Of a stretch of 64,000 nucleotides of DNA, positions 19,646 through 29,438 are shown piece after piece. The notes beneath the pieces were generated by a model, which was not told the DNA's origin, did not search any database, and saw only the letters and a program-made list of their open reading frames with translations. A program made the position numbers and the translations under genes. The stretch is from Candidatus Poribacteria bacterium. Its GTDB lineage: Bacteria > Poribacteria > WGA-4E > UBA9662. The stretch covers positions 64,001 through 128,000 of the forward strand of contig JAYZAL010000088.1 of NCBI GenBank assembly GCA_036339735.1. Reading direction: 5' to 3'. Positions within the stretch are counted from its first letter, which is position 1, and every line of letters starts with the position of its first letter.

Positions 19646-20509
19646 TTACTTCACTCTCAATTTCCCTTCAAGGTCATCGATAAACTGGCGAGCAATTCGC
19701 CCAGAACGATCACTAGAACTCGCTTCCCACTGTAACGCTAATCGCTGCACATCTGATTCCTCTATATCCAGATTCCGTTTTTTAGCGTAGTAATTGACAA
19801 TTTTAAGGTACATTGGACGGGAAATACGCGTGAAGGCTAAACGCAAACCGAAACGATCACTCAACGACACTTTCTCTTCAGTTGATTCTCGTGGGTAAAG
19901 CTCATCTTCTTGACTAATTGGATACTTGTTATCATTGACTTGGCGAGGCATCAAATGTCTCCGATTCGATGTTGCATATACCAACACATTTTCAGGTAGA
20001 GCTGAAACACCACCTTCCAACATAGCTTTTAATTCACGGTAGGTAGAATCCTCATTACTGAAGGACAAGTCATCACAAAACAGGATATACTTTTCTGGTC
20101 GACTCCAAACTGCTTCAACAATCTCTGGCAGGAATAGTAACCCTTGTTTACTTACCTCAATCATACGCAGTGCGTCTTTCGAGTAACGCGTCAATAACCC
20201 TTTCACTAAGGATGATTTTCCTGTCCCACGATCACCCCATAGCAAAACATGATTAGCTGGTAGATTCTGTAAAAACTGTCGTGTATTTCGATCTAATTGC
20301 TGAATTTGTCGATCAATTCCAATTAAATCTGAAATATCAGTTAAGTCTGGGTGTAAAACTGCTGTCAGTTGTTTGTGCTGATGATGCCATCGAAAGGCTA
20401 AATGTTGATCAAAGTCAGGTAATTGATCAATAGAAGTAGATTGTTGAATGAATTCATCTAGGTGATGTATCAGTCGCTCAAGTTGATTGATAAGAATGTT
20501 TAGGCTCAT
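19646..20509 (-). CDS. DUF815 family AAA+ ATP-binding protein
   Basis: LLWGDRGTGKSS, FCDDLSF, YATSNRRHL, EKVSLSDRFG, RSGRIARQF. Confidence 0.92.
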   Translation of the reverse strand: MSLNILINQLERLIHHLDEFIQQSTSIDQLPDFDQHLAFRWHHQHKQLTAVLHPDLTDISDLIGIDRQIQQLDRNTRQFLQNLPANHVLLWGDRGTGKSSLVKGLLTRYSKDALRMIEVSKQGLLFLPEIVEAVWSRPEKYILFCDDLSFSNEDSTYRELKAMLEGGVSALPENVLVYATSNRRHLMPRQVNDNKYPISQEDELYPRESTEEKVSLSDRFGLRLAFTRISRPMYLKIVNYYAKKRNLDIEESDVQRLALQWEASSSDRSGRIARQFIDDLEGKLRVK

Positions 20510-20675
20510 TGATAACTGAAGTATTAGATTGATTAATTATATTTTATTGGATTAGTGCTACATACCCAAAGTGGGCTCAACAAAGTGAAGACACGGTCTC
20601 CTACAATCATGAAAGCGTGTAGTTAATTTTCTTCGTACTACATTCTTTTTATTGAATTAGTTTGGAAACTGGTTA

Positions 20676-21662
20676 TCACTCACCCACTGTTTCAGCGTGC
20701 GTGATGATAGCTTCAGCAACGTTAATTTTTGTAACAGCTTCTATTTCTTCTAATCCTGGAGAAGGATTGACTTCCAACACAACATATTCTGCGTCAGCTA
20801 TCATGTTATGTGCTTCGAGTAGATCTACACCAGCTACATCCAGCCCCAGAGCCTTCGTAGAACGAACAGCGAGATCAGATAATTGGTTTGAAATGTTAAT
20901 CGGTCGACCTTGACCACCTCTGTGGACATTGGCCCTATACTCCCCGCTAGCAGCAGTTCGTTTCATCGCGGCTACAACACGACCACCGGCCACGATAATC
21001 CGAATATCTTGACCGGAAGCTTTACCAATGAACGGTTGCATCATGTAGTCTTGGTGAAACTCGCACATGGCTTCCACAGATGAATGTAGAGATAAAGGGG
21101 TATCCATCAGCATGAAACCTCGACCATGTGTACCTTGGAATGGCTTCATTAAAATTGGATAATCTCCTATCTCGTTTACTGATGCGTCTAAAAAATCCGG
21201 AGAACCTATTGTAAAGCTTGGAACCACTGGTATGTCGTTTTCGGCTAATCGGCGTAAACTACGAAACTTATGTCGTGCCACTAAAATTTCTTGTGACCGA
21301 TTTAACAGAGGTACACCTATGCTTTCAAAATGCGAGAGCACTTCAGTAGCAAACGTTACGGTCGTGCTACTGAGACGAGGTATAATCAAGTCGAGATCAA
21401 AAATAGGTTTTCCATCGTACAGTATATGTAAGCAGTCAATGTTACCGTGTTCACTTGTTCTACCCACTCCAGCACTTTTTGGTTGTTTAGTCTGATCTGG
21501 TCTAAAACGAAGCTGTCTTTGGTAACAAGTGGGCAAATCGATATGAAGTGAAAATCGAAAAGGATCCAAGACAATAACCTGATGCTGTGCTGACTTAGCC
21601 GCTTCGACTAACCTTCTGGTCGAATAACTATGACTAGCCCGAGACAAAATGCCAATTCTCAT
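20676..21662 (-). CDS. rimK: RimK family alpha-L-glutamate ligase (ATP-grasp)
   Basis: ILSR...YSTRRL.EAA, IIPRL, GTHGRG, DIR, RANVHRGG, AGVDLL, EVNPSPGLE. Carries an extra ~30-aa N-domain insert. Confidence 0.9.
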   Translation of the reverse strand: MRIGILSRASHSYSTRRLVEAAKSAQHQVIVLDPFRFSLHIDLPTCYQRQLRFRPDQTKQPKSAGVGRTSEHGNIDCLHILYDGKPIFDLDLIIPRLSSTTVTFATEVLSHFESIGVPLLNRSQEILVARHKFRSLRRLAENDIPVVPSFTIGSPDFLDASVNEIGDYPILMKPFQGTHGRGFMLMDTPLSLHSSVEAMCEFHQDYMMQPFIGKASGQDIRIIVAGGRVVAAMKRTAASGEYRANVHRGGQGRPINISNQLSDLAVRSTKALGLDVAGVDLLEAHNMIADAEYVVLEVNPSPGLEEIEAVTKINVAEAIITHAETVGE

Positions 21663-21682
21663 TCGAATCAGTGATAGGGCAG

Positions 21683-22750
21683 CTAGATGGTAACTATCTT
21701 TCCTGTTATGACTGATTCGGCTTCCTTATAGCATAAAGCCAGAGCATCCCTAGCTTTTGTACCTGACAAGAAACCAGAATCGGCCGATTGTCCACTATTG
21801 AGGTGTGAAATCGCATAATCGATTTCGTTAGTGAAAGCATCTACCGGATCAACCTCTCCCAAATCTGGATAGTATACATCACCCGTATTTTGTATCAGCG
21901 TCAATGGTTGCGAAACACCTTGGCCACCTAAAGTAGACGATGAAAAAGTCAACGTTGCTTTCTCGAAGAAAATTTCAAAACCGTGACTGAATGAACGCCC
22001 TTTTGCTGAAATCCCGCCCGACCAAGTAGAAACTGCTAACTGTGGTCTTTCGGGATAAATATATTGGGTTGAAAGGTAGTCCACAAACTGAGTATTCTTT
22101 CCATCTTCAGTTGTGGCAATTTTACCCTGAGAAAAAACTGCTGAAGGCATTCCACACAACAGCTGAATAAAGTGAGTATCGTGGATATGTAAATCTATAC
22201 CGGGTGCCCCACTTTTGGTGATCTCTTGCAGCGTTCGCTCCGACGGTTGGCTGATTAATCGACGTAAATGAAGTCCCAACAAATCTCCGTGTTCGCCACT
22301 TTGAACTGCTTTTAGAGCATAGTTGAATTCGGGGAAAAACGGCAAAACATGGGCAACCATAAAGTGTTTTTCACTCTGTTCGCTAACTGCTACCATTTCG
22401 TTTGCAGACTGGATATCAACTTCAATGGGTTTCTCACATAGAACATGCTTACCAGCTTTTAGGGCTGCGATAGTTACTTCTTTGTGATATTGAGTGGGCA
22501 AACAGATGTCCACCAAATCTACGTTGGGATCGGCCAGTAAGTCATCAATCTGGTCGTATGTTGATAACCCTGACAAGTCTTCTATTCCACCACGAGGTCC
22601 AAAGTTACCTTGAATACTACTCCAGTCCCCAGATAATTTTTTGGGATCCCGTGTACAGATAGCGGTTACTTGACATCCCTCAACTTTTTTGGCCCCATAA
22701 TAGTGAATCATACCCATAAAACCAAGTCCAATAATGCCAATTCGAGTCAT
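21683..22750 (-). CDS. Gfo/Idh/MocA family oxidoreductase
   Basis: GLGFMG, DICLPT, GKHVLCEKP, DLHIHD. Start moved to ATG 22750, which has a GGAG RBS. Confidence 0.92.
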   Translation of the reverse strand: MTRIGIIGLGFMGMIHYYGAKKVEGCQVTAICTRDPKKLSGDWSSIQGNFGPRGGIEDLSGLSTYDQIDDLLADPNVDLVDICLPTQYHKEVTIAALKAGKHVLCEKPIEVDIQSANEMVAVSEQSEKHFMVAHVLPFFPEFNYALKAVQSGEHGDLLGLHLRRLISQPSERTLQEITKSGAPGIDLHIHDTHFIQLLCGMPSAVFSQGKIATTEDGKNTQFVDYLSTQYIYPERPQLAVSTWSGGISAKGRSFSHGFEIFFEKATLTFSSSTLGGQGVSQPLTLIQNTGDVYYPDLGEVDPVDAFTNEIDYAISHLNSGQSADSGFLSGTKARDALALCYKEAESVITGKIVTI

Positions 22751-22787
22751 ATTTTTATCTCCAAATCTGATATTTTTTTTCAGGCAA

Positions 22788-23594
22788 TTAAAAAGGGAAT
22801 GTACCAGCATAGCCTAGCTGATCCAGAGTAAATTGTGGATTACTAACGAATCTTATGCCTGGAAACATCGGATTTTGCTGATAGTGTAGAACAATATTGG
22901 CACGAGGTTGATTCGGCTCGTCGCTCCCAATTTTAGCTCCTTGATGTGGAATGTGGCTATAGAAAATGACAGCATCTCCAGCCATAGGGTGCAGATCAAC
23001 ATATGATTGGTTGTCACACCAGGCCTGAAAAGGATTTTTTCGATCGTCTGTATAGTGGGCATGTGGACGTACGTCAGGTGGAATCGATTTAGAAAAAAAA
23101 TCGCTCAAAAAACGCAATCGGCCCTTTTGTGGAGGGTTGTCTGTTAGATAAAAAGTCGTATTCATACACAACCCGATAACTGGTTGCTTAGATTCTGCTC
23201 GTTCTTCTTGGTACCAATAATCATAAAAATCCATATGCCACTCCTGTAGATAAGACCGTGGGTTCACATGAGCCCGTAGACTGCGGAGTTGACACTGTTT
23301 ACCCAGAATAGATTTCAGGTACGGCGAGACACTCTCGTGAGCAATCAGTTCTTTTGACTTTTCAGGTTCTATCTCCAGTAATTTTTCAAAAGCTACATTA
23401 CCAACACTATTGTCGATTTCATACCTTTCTTCTTGATATAAAGAATAGAGAATTTTTTGCCATTTGGTGACCAGACCAGTACTTAGAGCATTTCTAATCA
23501 ACAGAAAACCGTGCCGGTTTAAATAATCTAATTTTTCTTCAAATATACTGTTCCCGTCCACGCTAATCTCCCTTTTAATGTTTTCACTAATCAA
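22788..23594 (-). CDS. Phytanoyl-CoA dioxygenase (PhyH) family Fe/2OG dioxygenase
   Basis: HGFLLIRNAL, WHMD, AGDAVIF..HIPH.G, R. Confidence 0.85.
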   Translation of the reverse strand: MISENIKREISVDGNSIFEEKLDYLNRHGFLLIRNALSTGLVTKWQKILYSLYQEERYEIDNSVGNVAFEKLLEIEPEKSKELIAHESVSPYLKSILGKQCQLRSLRAHVNPRSYLQEWHMDFYDYWYQEERAESKQPVIGLCMNTTFYLTDNPPQKGRLRFLSDFFSKSIPPDVRPHAHYTDDRKNPFQAWCDNQSYVDLHPMAGDAVIFYSHIPHQGAKIGSDEPNQPRANIVLHYQQNPMFPGIRFVSNPQFTLDQLGYAGTFPF

Positions 23595-23657
23595 GTTAGA
23601 GGCCAGTTTAAGTGGCCGAACCCTTGGTGTTAATTAGCTTAGTTCAGAATTAGTAAG

Positions 23658-24434
23658 TTATTCCGGTGTTACATACGCTGATGAGATTCCACCATCAACT
23701 ACAAAATCTGCTCCATTGACATAACTTGAGTCATCACTAGCAAGAAACAGAGCGGCTTTTGCCATTTCTTCGGCTAAACCAAATCGCCCCATGGGAACAT
23801 GAACCAGGCGCCGCTGTTTTTTTTCGTCGGTGTTTAAAAAGTCCATCAATAGTTTGGTATGAAGTGGTCCTGGACAGAGAGCATTACATCGGATATTTTC
23901 CTTAGCATGAACAATCGCTAATTCTCGAGTCATCGCTAGAACCCCGCCTTTACTGGCAGTGTAAGCTAGCTGAGGTGTAGCAGCCCCCATCAGTGCCACA
24001 AAAGATGCGGTGTTGATTACACATCCTCCACCACTTCGTTGAATAGCAGGTATTCCAAATTTACAGCCTAGGAAGACTCCCTTTAGGTTGACATCCATCG
24101 TCAGATCCCAAATTTCTTCTGGAGTCTGCATTGCATTGCCGTCGTCTGGGTGCATTATGCCAGCATTGTTGAATAAAATGTGAAGGCCACCAAATCTTTC
24201 TTCAGCAATACTAATCATGTCCTTACAGTCATCAGACTTCGACACATCCGCATGGCAATAAATCACCTCAGAACTGATCTGTTTTACTAAATCAATTGTC
24301 TCGTGTCCCTCTTCAGTATTTACATCTACTGCGACAATGCTTGCCCCTTCTTGCGCGAATAGCAATGCAGTCGCTCGACCAATACCTCCGGAGGCTCCTG
24401 TTATTAGTGCAACTCGACCGTCTAATTTTCCCAT
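23658..24434 (-). CDS. Short-chain dehydrogenase/reductase
   Basis: TGASGGIG, NNAGI, YTASKGG, PMGRFG, VDGG. Confidence 0.95.
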   Translation of the reverse strand: MGKLDGRVALITGASGGIGRATALLFAQEGASIVAVDVNTEEGHETIDLVKQISSEVIYCHADVSKSDDCKDMISIAEERFGGLHILFNNAGIMHPDDGNAMQTPEEIWDLTMDVNLKGVFLGCKFGIPAIQRSGGGCVINTASFVALMGAATPQLAYTASKGGVLAMTRELAIVHAKENIRCNALCPGPLHTKLLMDFLNTDEKKQRRLVHVPMGRFGLAEEMAKAALFLASDDSSYVNGADFVVDGGISSAYVTPE

Positions 24435-24436
24435 TT

Positions 24437-25159
24437 TTATGATTTTTCTTTATTGTTTTGGGGGCGGCAGTGCTGGACAAAATCTTCGAACAGCCGCCTC
24501 TGAATCAAATCATTAGGTTTACTCATTTCTGGGTGCCATTGTACAGCGATTCGCCAAATTTTACCATCCATCTCCACAGCTTCGATCGTTCCATCTGGGG
24601 CCCAAGCAACAACGGATAATGAATCAGCTACAAAATCTAGCGCCTGATGGTGTAAAGACGGAGCTGAAAAATTCGTACTCTGAACTATATCCGCTAACCG
24701 AGAATTAGTATCAACGGCAATCGAATGATTAGTTGGTTTACGTGGTGGCAGTCGGTGCTTAACCGATTCACCAACAATATCAGGCAAATTCTGAATCAAT
24801 GTTCCTCCTAGAGCTACATTTAATATTTGGATGCCGCGACATATTCCGAACAATGGTTTTTCGGATTCAATCACTTTGTGTGTTAAAGAAAGTTCATGGC
24901 GGTCTCGCTCTAAATCCACACCGTAAACCAACTTGTGTGGTGGTTGATTGTAATGGCTTGGGCATATATCTCCGCCACCGATTAACAACACGCCATCTAC
25001 CGATTTTACTTGCTCTACTTCATCCCCTATTGGTGGTAACATGAGTGGTAGGCCACCAGCATCTGCAATAGATTTAATATAATCATGTGGTATTGAATAC
25101 CGCTGATCCTGATTGAGTCCGTACATGGTCAGCCCAATCACCGGCCTGTCAATTTTCAT
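24437..25159 (-). CDS. Gamma-glutamyl-gamma-aminobutyrate hydrolase family (PuuD-like, peptidase C26)
   Basis: RPVIG, GGGDI, GICRGIQILNVALGGTL, HHQA, VQWHPE. Start moved to ATG 25159, just after the upstream stop. Confidence 0.92.
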   Translation of the reverse strand: MKIDRPVIGLTMYGLNQDQRYSIPHDYIKSIADAGGLPLMLPPIGDEVEQVKSVDGVLLIGGGDICPSHYNQPPHKLVYGVDLERDRHELSLTHKVIESEKPLFGICRGIQILNVALGGTLIQNLPDIVGESVKHRLPPRKPTNHSIAVDTNSRLADIVQSTNFSAPSLHHQALDFVADSLSVVAWAPDGTIEAVEMDGKIWRIAVQWHPEMSKPNDLIQRRLFEDFVQHCRPQNNKEKS

Positions 25160-25160
25160 T

Positions 25161-26525
25161 TCAGATCCTTTCAAAATACCGTTTACGTTCCCAATCAGTG
25201 ACGGCATTCTCGTATTCACTCTGTTCATTTTGATAAAAATGGACGTAATGATCATGCACAGGTTCGCCTAAAGTACGCCGTACAAAGTCACTGTTGGAAA
25301 AAACTTCTATAGCCTCTCTAAACGTCGTGGGTACAGCTTTCGTTGTTTCCAGATCGTAGGCATTTCCGACGAACTCATCTGGCGGATTTAGTTGCCTTTG
25401 TATGCCGTCTAGGCCAGAAGCAAGCGAGGCTGCCAAGGCCAGATACGGGTTGCAGTCTGCCCCCGGTATACGACATTCAATCCGCAAGGAGTCACCACTA
25501 CCAACCACTCGGAATCCCGCAGTTCTGTTATCATGACTCCAAGCGAGTGTAGTTGGTGCCCAACTACCATGTTGGTATCTTTTGTAAGAGTTTACAGTCG
25601 GAGCATAAAAAGGCATAAATTCTGGTGCATGCTCGATCCATCCTGCAAGGAATTTCAGGAAAAGATCAGAACATTTGATCCGTCCAAATACTTGATTGCC
25701 AGCAAAGACATTTCGTCCATTTGACCACAAACTCAGATGAATATGGCAACTCGATCCTGCCTGATCCTGTTCTTGTTTTGCCATAAAAGTTACGCTAATG
25801 TCGTTCTGATCGGCTAGTTCTTTGGCACATTGCTTGATTAATAGGTGGCGGTCCGCCATTTCGCCAATTTCAGCATATGCCACATTAATTTCATGTTGTC
25901 CTAGCCCCCACTCACCTTTAGTAGATTCAACGGGAATGCCGGATCGTTTCAATTGTCGACGTAATTCCCCGTGATAACTCTCTCGGCGTGCACCTTGTAA
26001 GATGTGATAGTCCTCTAAGTACCATCCGCTTGGTGTTAAATTTACAAAATTTTGTTGATGTGCTTGTTCGAAGCTTTGCCGAAATAAATAGTATTCTAAT
26101 TCTGTTGCGGCTTTAGCCTGGTAACCTTGTTCAGAGGTCAATTGAATCTGATTCTTCAGGATGCTACGTGGTAGCTGAGGGACCAACTGATGTGATGACT
26201 CATCAACAATGTCGCAAATAACAACCGCTGTTCGATCTGCCCAAGACAGAACCCGTAAGGTAGAAATATCTGGTTGCATATGAAAATCACCGTAACCCTC
26301 GTCCCAGTTAGCGAAAGTATATCCTTCTACCGGTTCCATTTCCATGTCAACAGTTGCCAGATAATTACAACCATGTGTTCCTTTCTGAGCCACAGAATTC
26401 AGAAAAAAATCGGCGTCAAATCGTTTTCCCAAGAGTGTGCCATAAAGGCCCGGAAACGCGACAACAACTGTATCTACCGATCCAGTATCTACTTTCTCCC
26501 TAAGTTGCTCAATGGATATAATCAT
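25161..26525 (-). CDS. Glutamine synthetase-like gamma-glutamyl-amine ligase (GlnA4/PuuA-like)
   Basis: ELEYY, KGEWGLGQHE, TFMAK, GSSCHIHLS, NSYKR, DNRTAGFR, IECRIPGADCNPY, VTDWE. Confidence 0.93.
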   Translation of the reverse strand: MIISIEQLREKVDTGSVDTVVVAFPGLYGTLLGKRFDADFFLNSVAQKGTHGCNYLATVDMEMEPVEGYTFANWDEGYGDFHMQPDISTLRVLSWADRTAVVICDIVDESSHQLVPQLPRSILKNQIQLTSEQGYQAKAATELEYYLFRQSFEQAHQQNFVNLTPSGWYLEDYHILQGARRESYHGELRRQLKRSGIPVESTKGEWGLGQHEINVAYAEIGEMADRHLLIKQCAKELADQNDISVTFMAKQEQDQAGSSCHIHLSLWSNGRNVFAGNQVFGRIKCSDLFLKFLAGWIEHAPEFMPFYAPTVNSYKRYQHGSWAPTTLAWSHDNRTAGFRVVGSGDSLRIECRIPGADCNPYLALAASLASGLDGIQRQLNPPDEFVGNAYDLETTKAVPTTFREAIEVFSNSDFVRRTLGEPVHDHYVHFYQNEQSEYENAVTDWERKRYFERI

Positions 26526-26658
26526 TCTGGCCTCCCATTAGAAATGATTTCTCTAAAATTGCAGATTCATTTTCAAATTGTTTGTTCCTTAGCCTAACTT
26601 TTTTATTACTAAGTTAAGCTCTGAGAAAATAAACATATGATAATTGAAAAGTCCATTT

Positions 26659-27885
26659 TTAGCCTTCTAAAGAGAAACAAATCAGTTTATCAAGAGAACG
26701 AACATAAATCTTGTCTCGACTGACTGCCAGATGAGCCCAAGTTTCTGACTTGCTAATTTTCTGCTTATCAATAACTTCAAATTTTTCAGGTGAAGCGTTT
26801 ACCAGATACAAAACACCTCTCTGGTCAAGACCTAAGATTCGATCTCCATCTGTAACCATGCTCCAGTATTTACCAAATGGTTTACTAGTCCAAGCGATTT
26901 CTCCGGTCTGAAGATCCATACAGATCACACGTTGGTTACGCAAATGCATGTAAACGTGATCTTTGAGAATTAAAGGACTAGACATATAACCCTGGATGGT
27001 ATTAGACCATTTTGATTCTTTGGCTAGAACACCGGAATCTAATTCGTACAAAAAGGACCCACCACCGTATGAACTGGTAAAAAAACTATTTTCGTAGCGT
27101 GAAGGGGTTTGAATGTTCATACCACGAAATGCAGGAATTGTGACACCCCACAATTTTTCACCATTATGCCAATTGATGCTGGCTAACTCTGTACGAGTTT
27201 GAACTATCAATTGAAGATCATTATCAATTACTTCAATAATTGGAGATGAAAATGCGCCCCCATACATTCCCCCACTATCTTTTAGCGCTTGCCAAATAAC
27301 CTCACCTGTATCAACATTCAATTGAAAAACACCACCGGAGGCTTGAACTACGACCTTATCTTGATATACTAGAGGTGAACAAACAAAACCAAAAGAAGAC
27401 ATAGTTGTTTCGAATTGCTCGACGAAGTCTACTTGCCAAATCTTCTCACCATCCTCCACACTAAGACAAGTTAAAACGTCTCTCATGCCAGCTACAAAAA
27501 TCTTGTCCCCAGCCACTGTAGGTGTAGACTTGATCCAACTTCCGTTCGAGGCTGCAAAAAAAGGTACTTTCATGGCACCAAGCCACTTGGAAGTCCATAT
27601 TAATTCACCAGTTGCTGCATTATAGCAATAAACAACTTCGTATTTCTCATCAACTGTCGCCGTGGTAAAAACTTTTCCTTCGTAAGTTACAGGTCCTGAA
27701 TAACTAGGGCTAAGATCTATTTCCCACTTTTTCTGCAAACCAGATAGGTGTTCTGGCAATTCAGAAATAAGCATTCCATCTCGGCTTGGTCCTCTCCACT
27801 GACTCCAATCTAGTTTTTCAGCAGCAGGCAAGCTATTATAACTCAAAAACAGCAGAAGCATAAAAGCATTCAAAAAAAATATCAT
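26659..27885 (-). CDS. PQQ-binding-like beta-propeller protein (exported)
   Basis: Signal peptide, WSQWRGPSRDG, repeated TGE..W blades. Confidence 0.88.
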   Translation of the reverse strand: MIFFLNAFMLLLFLSYNSLPAAEKLDWSQWRGPSRDGMLISELPEHLSGLQKKWEIDLSPSYSGPVTYEGKVFTTATVDEKYEVVYCYNAATGELIWTSKWLGAMKVPFFAASNGSWIKSTPTVAGDKIFVAGMRDVLTCLSVEDGEKIWQVDFVEQFETTMSSFGFVCSPLVYQDKVVVQASGGVFQLNVDTGEVIWQALKDSGGMYGGAFSSPIIEVIDNDLQLIVQTRTELASINWHNGEKLWGVTIPAFRGMNIQTPSRYENSFFTSSYGGGSFLYELDSGVLAKESKWSNTIQGYMSSPLILKDHVYMHLRNQRVICMDLQTGEIAWTSKPFGKYWSMVTDGDRILGLDQRGVLYLVNASPEKFEVIDKQKISKSETWAHLAVSRDKIYVRSLDKLICFSLEG

Positions 27886-28027
27886 TATATTTCCCTTTTT
27901 AATAAATAATAAGGTCTTAAAAAAATAGCTATCAGCTCTCGTTTGTAACTCAGATTGTTTAAACTAAAAATAATTTGCAACACATTCATTTATTGTTCAT
28001 CAAATCATTTTGTACTGGAGGGAATAT

Positions 28028-28049
28028 TATTAGTCACATATTAGTCACA
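28028..28049. repeat. Tandem 11-bp direct repeat (TATTAGTCACA x2)
   Basis: Exact head-to-tail duplication at 28028-28038 and 28039-28049 in an intergenic region. Confidence 0.6.
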
Positions 28050-28329
28050 GCTGAATGATTTTTCCCTTCTCTGAACCAAACTCAAATTGTAAGACGAGAT
28101 TAATCGATAGTCCAAAAAATTAGCACCATTAACCTAGGTTATTTATCGGCAAGAAAGCATCCAAGGATTTTTAGCCCCATGTAATGGAAAAAATATAATG
28201 GGAACTGTCCTATGTAGATTCTTTATAAAAAGTTATCTATACAGGACTACTAATCTACAGAAAAGACGAAAAGTAGCTAGTATGGGAAAGGAATATATTG
28301 ATAGGCAAATCTGGCTAAAACGCGAAATC

Positions 28330-29175
28330 TTATGGAATCGACCCGATATTCACCTCTGCAATAACAGGAAGATGATCAGATGGAAATCTTCCGGACCAAG
28401 AATCGCTTAAAGTTGCGTAACTCAAGACGGTAACGTTGTGTTTGACGAAAATATAGTCAATTCGACTTCCTGGTATACCGGGAAACTGAAACTTGCTTAC
28501 CGTGCCTTCTGGCCCATGTGGGGGTTGAAGCGACAGTGATCTCGCATCACTCACAACTCCTGACTCATCACCTTCTGTGAGAATTCGATAAGGGCTAGAC
28601 GTCGGCGATGTATTAAAATCACCAGTCAATAAAACAGGAAGATATTCTGAGTTCATCTGTTCGATCTTGGATCGAATGAGTTCAGCACTTTTTACTCTTG
28701 CTATTTCTCCCCGATGATCAAGATGTGTGTTAAAGTGAAAAAAGACCTGGTTTGTATGTGAATCATGAAATTTCACCCAAGTGACGATGCGGGGCAAACT
28801 AGCATCCCATCCAGTTGTTGGCATTTTAGGTGATTCAGATAACCAAAAGGTATCACTTTGCAAAACCTGAAAACGATTTCTCCGAAACCAGATGGCACTA
28901 TATTCGCCGTCGGTTAGACCATCGTTTCGACCAACTCCTACAAAATCATAGTCTGGTAATAACTTAACTAAGTCTTCCATTTGCTCATGTAATGCTTCTT
29001 GTACACCAATCAAATCAGCTCGGTGAAATAGGATGGTACTTTGTACCATCTGTTTTCGATGAGGCCAAGAATTGTACCCATCGCTGGAAGTGTTAAGTCG
29101 GATATTAAAGCTCATGACTCGTACAGGATGATGCTGGTCGTGTGAAACCGATGGCGATGAATTAGATGAAATCAT
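28330..29175 (-). CDS. Endonuclease/exonuclease/phosphatase (EEP) family protein
   Basis: MSFNIR, GVQE, NTHLD, GDFN, IDYIF, SDHLPV. Confidence 0.93.
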   Translation of the reverse strand: MISSNSSPSVSHDQHHPVRVMSFNIRLNTSSDGYNSWPHRKQMVQSTILFHRADLIGVQEALHEQMEDLVKLLPDYDFVGVGRNDGLTDGEYSAIWFRRNRFQVLQSDTFWLSESPKMPTTGWDASLPRIVTWVKFHDSHTNQVFFHFNTHLDHRGEIARVKSAELIRSKIEQMNSEYLPVLLTGDFNTSPTSSPYRILTEGDESGVVSDARSLSLQPPHGPEGTVSKFQFPGIPGSRIDYIFVKHNVTVLSYATLSDSWSGRFPSDHLPVIAEVNIGSIP

Positions 29176-29438
29176 AAATAATTAAGATATGCATTAGAAA
29201 AGAGTTAATAAAACAGTTACCCCTTTCAGGATAACAAAATTTCGATTTTTTTTAAATAGTGAATAGGTACACATAAAAGTAATAGAAGCTTTTTCTATCT
29301 TCCACTTCTATACTCAAAGATTACCCACATATTTCACGAAAATATCATAACGAATTTCGATTGGCATCGAAATCATCAGAAGACAATCCGGCTACAGTAC
29401 ACAAAAAAGATACCTGAAACATTTAGGTGCTCACTGGC

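Noticed and set aside
29354-29373. Short hairpin ATTTCGAT-tggc-ATCGAAAT (and TCTAGATCTAGA near 5424)
   Set aside because: Short and AT-rich with no U-tail, so not distinguishable from chance.
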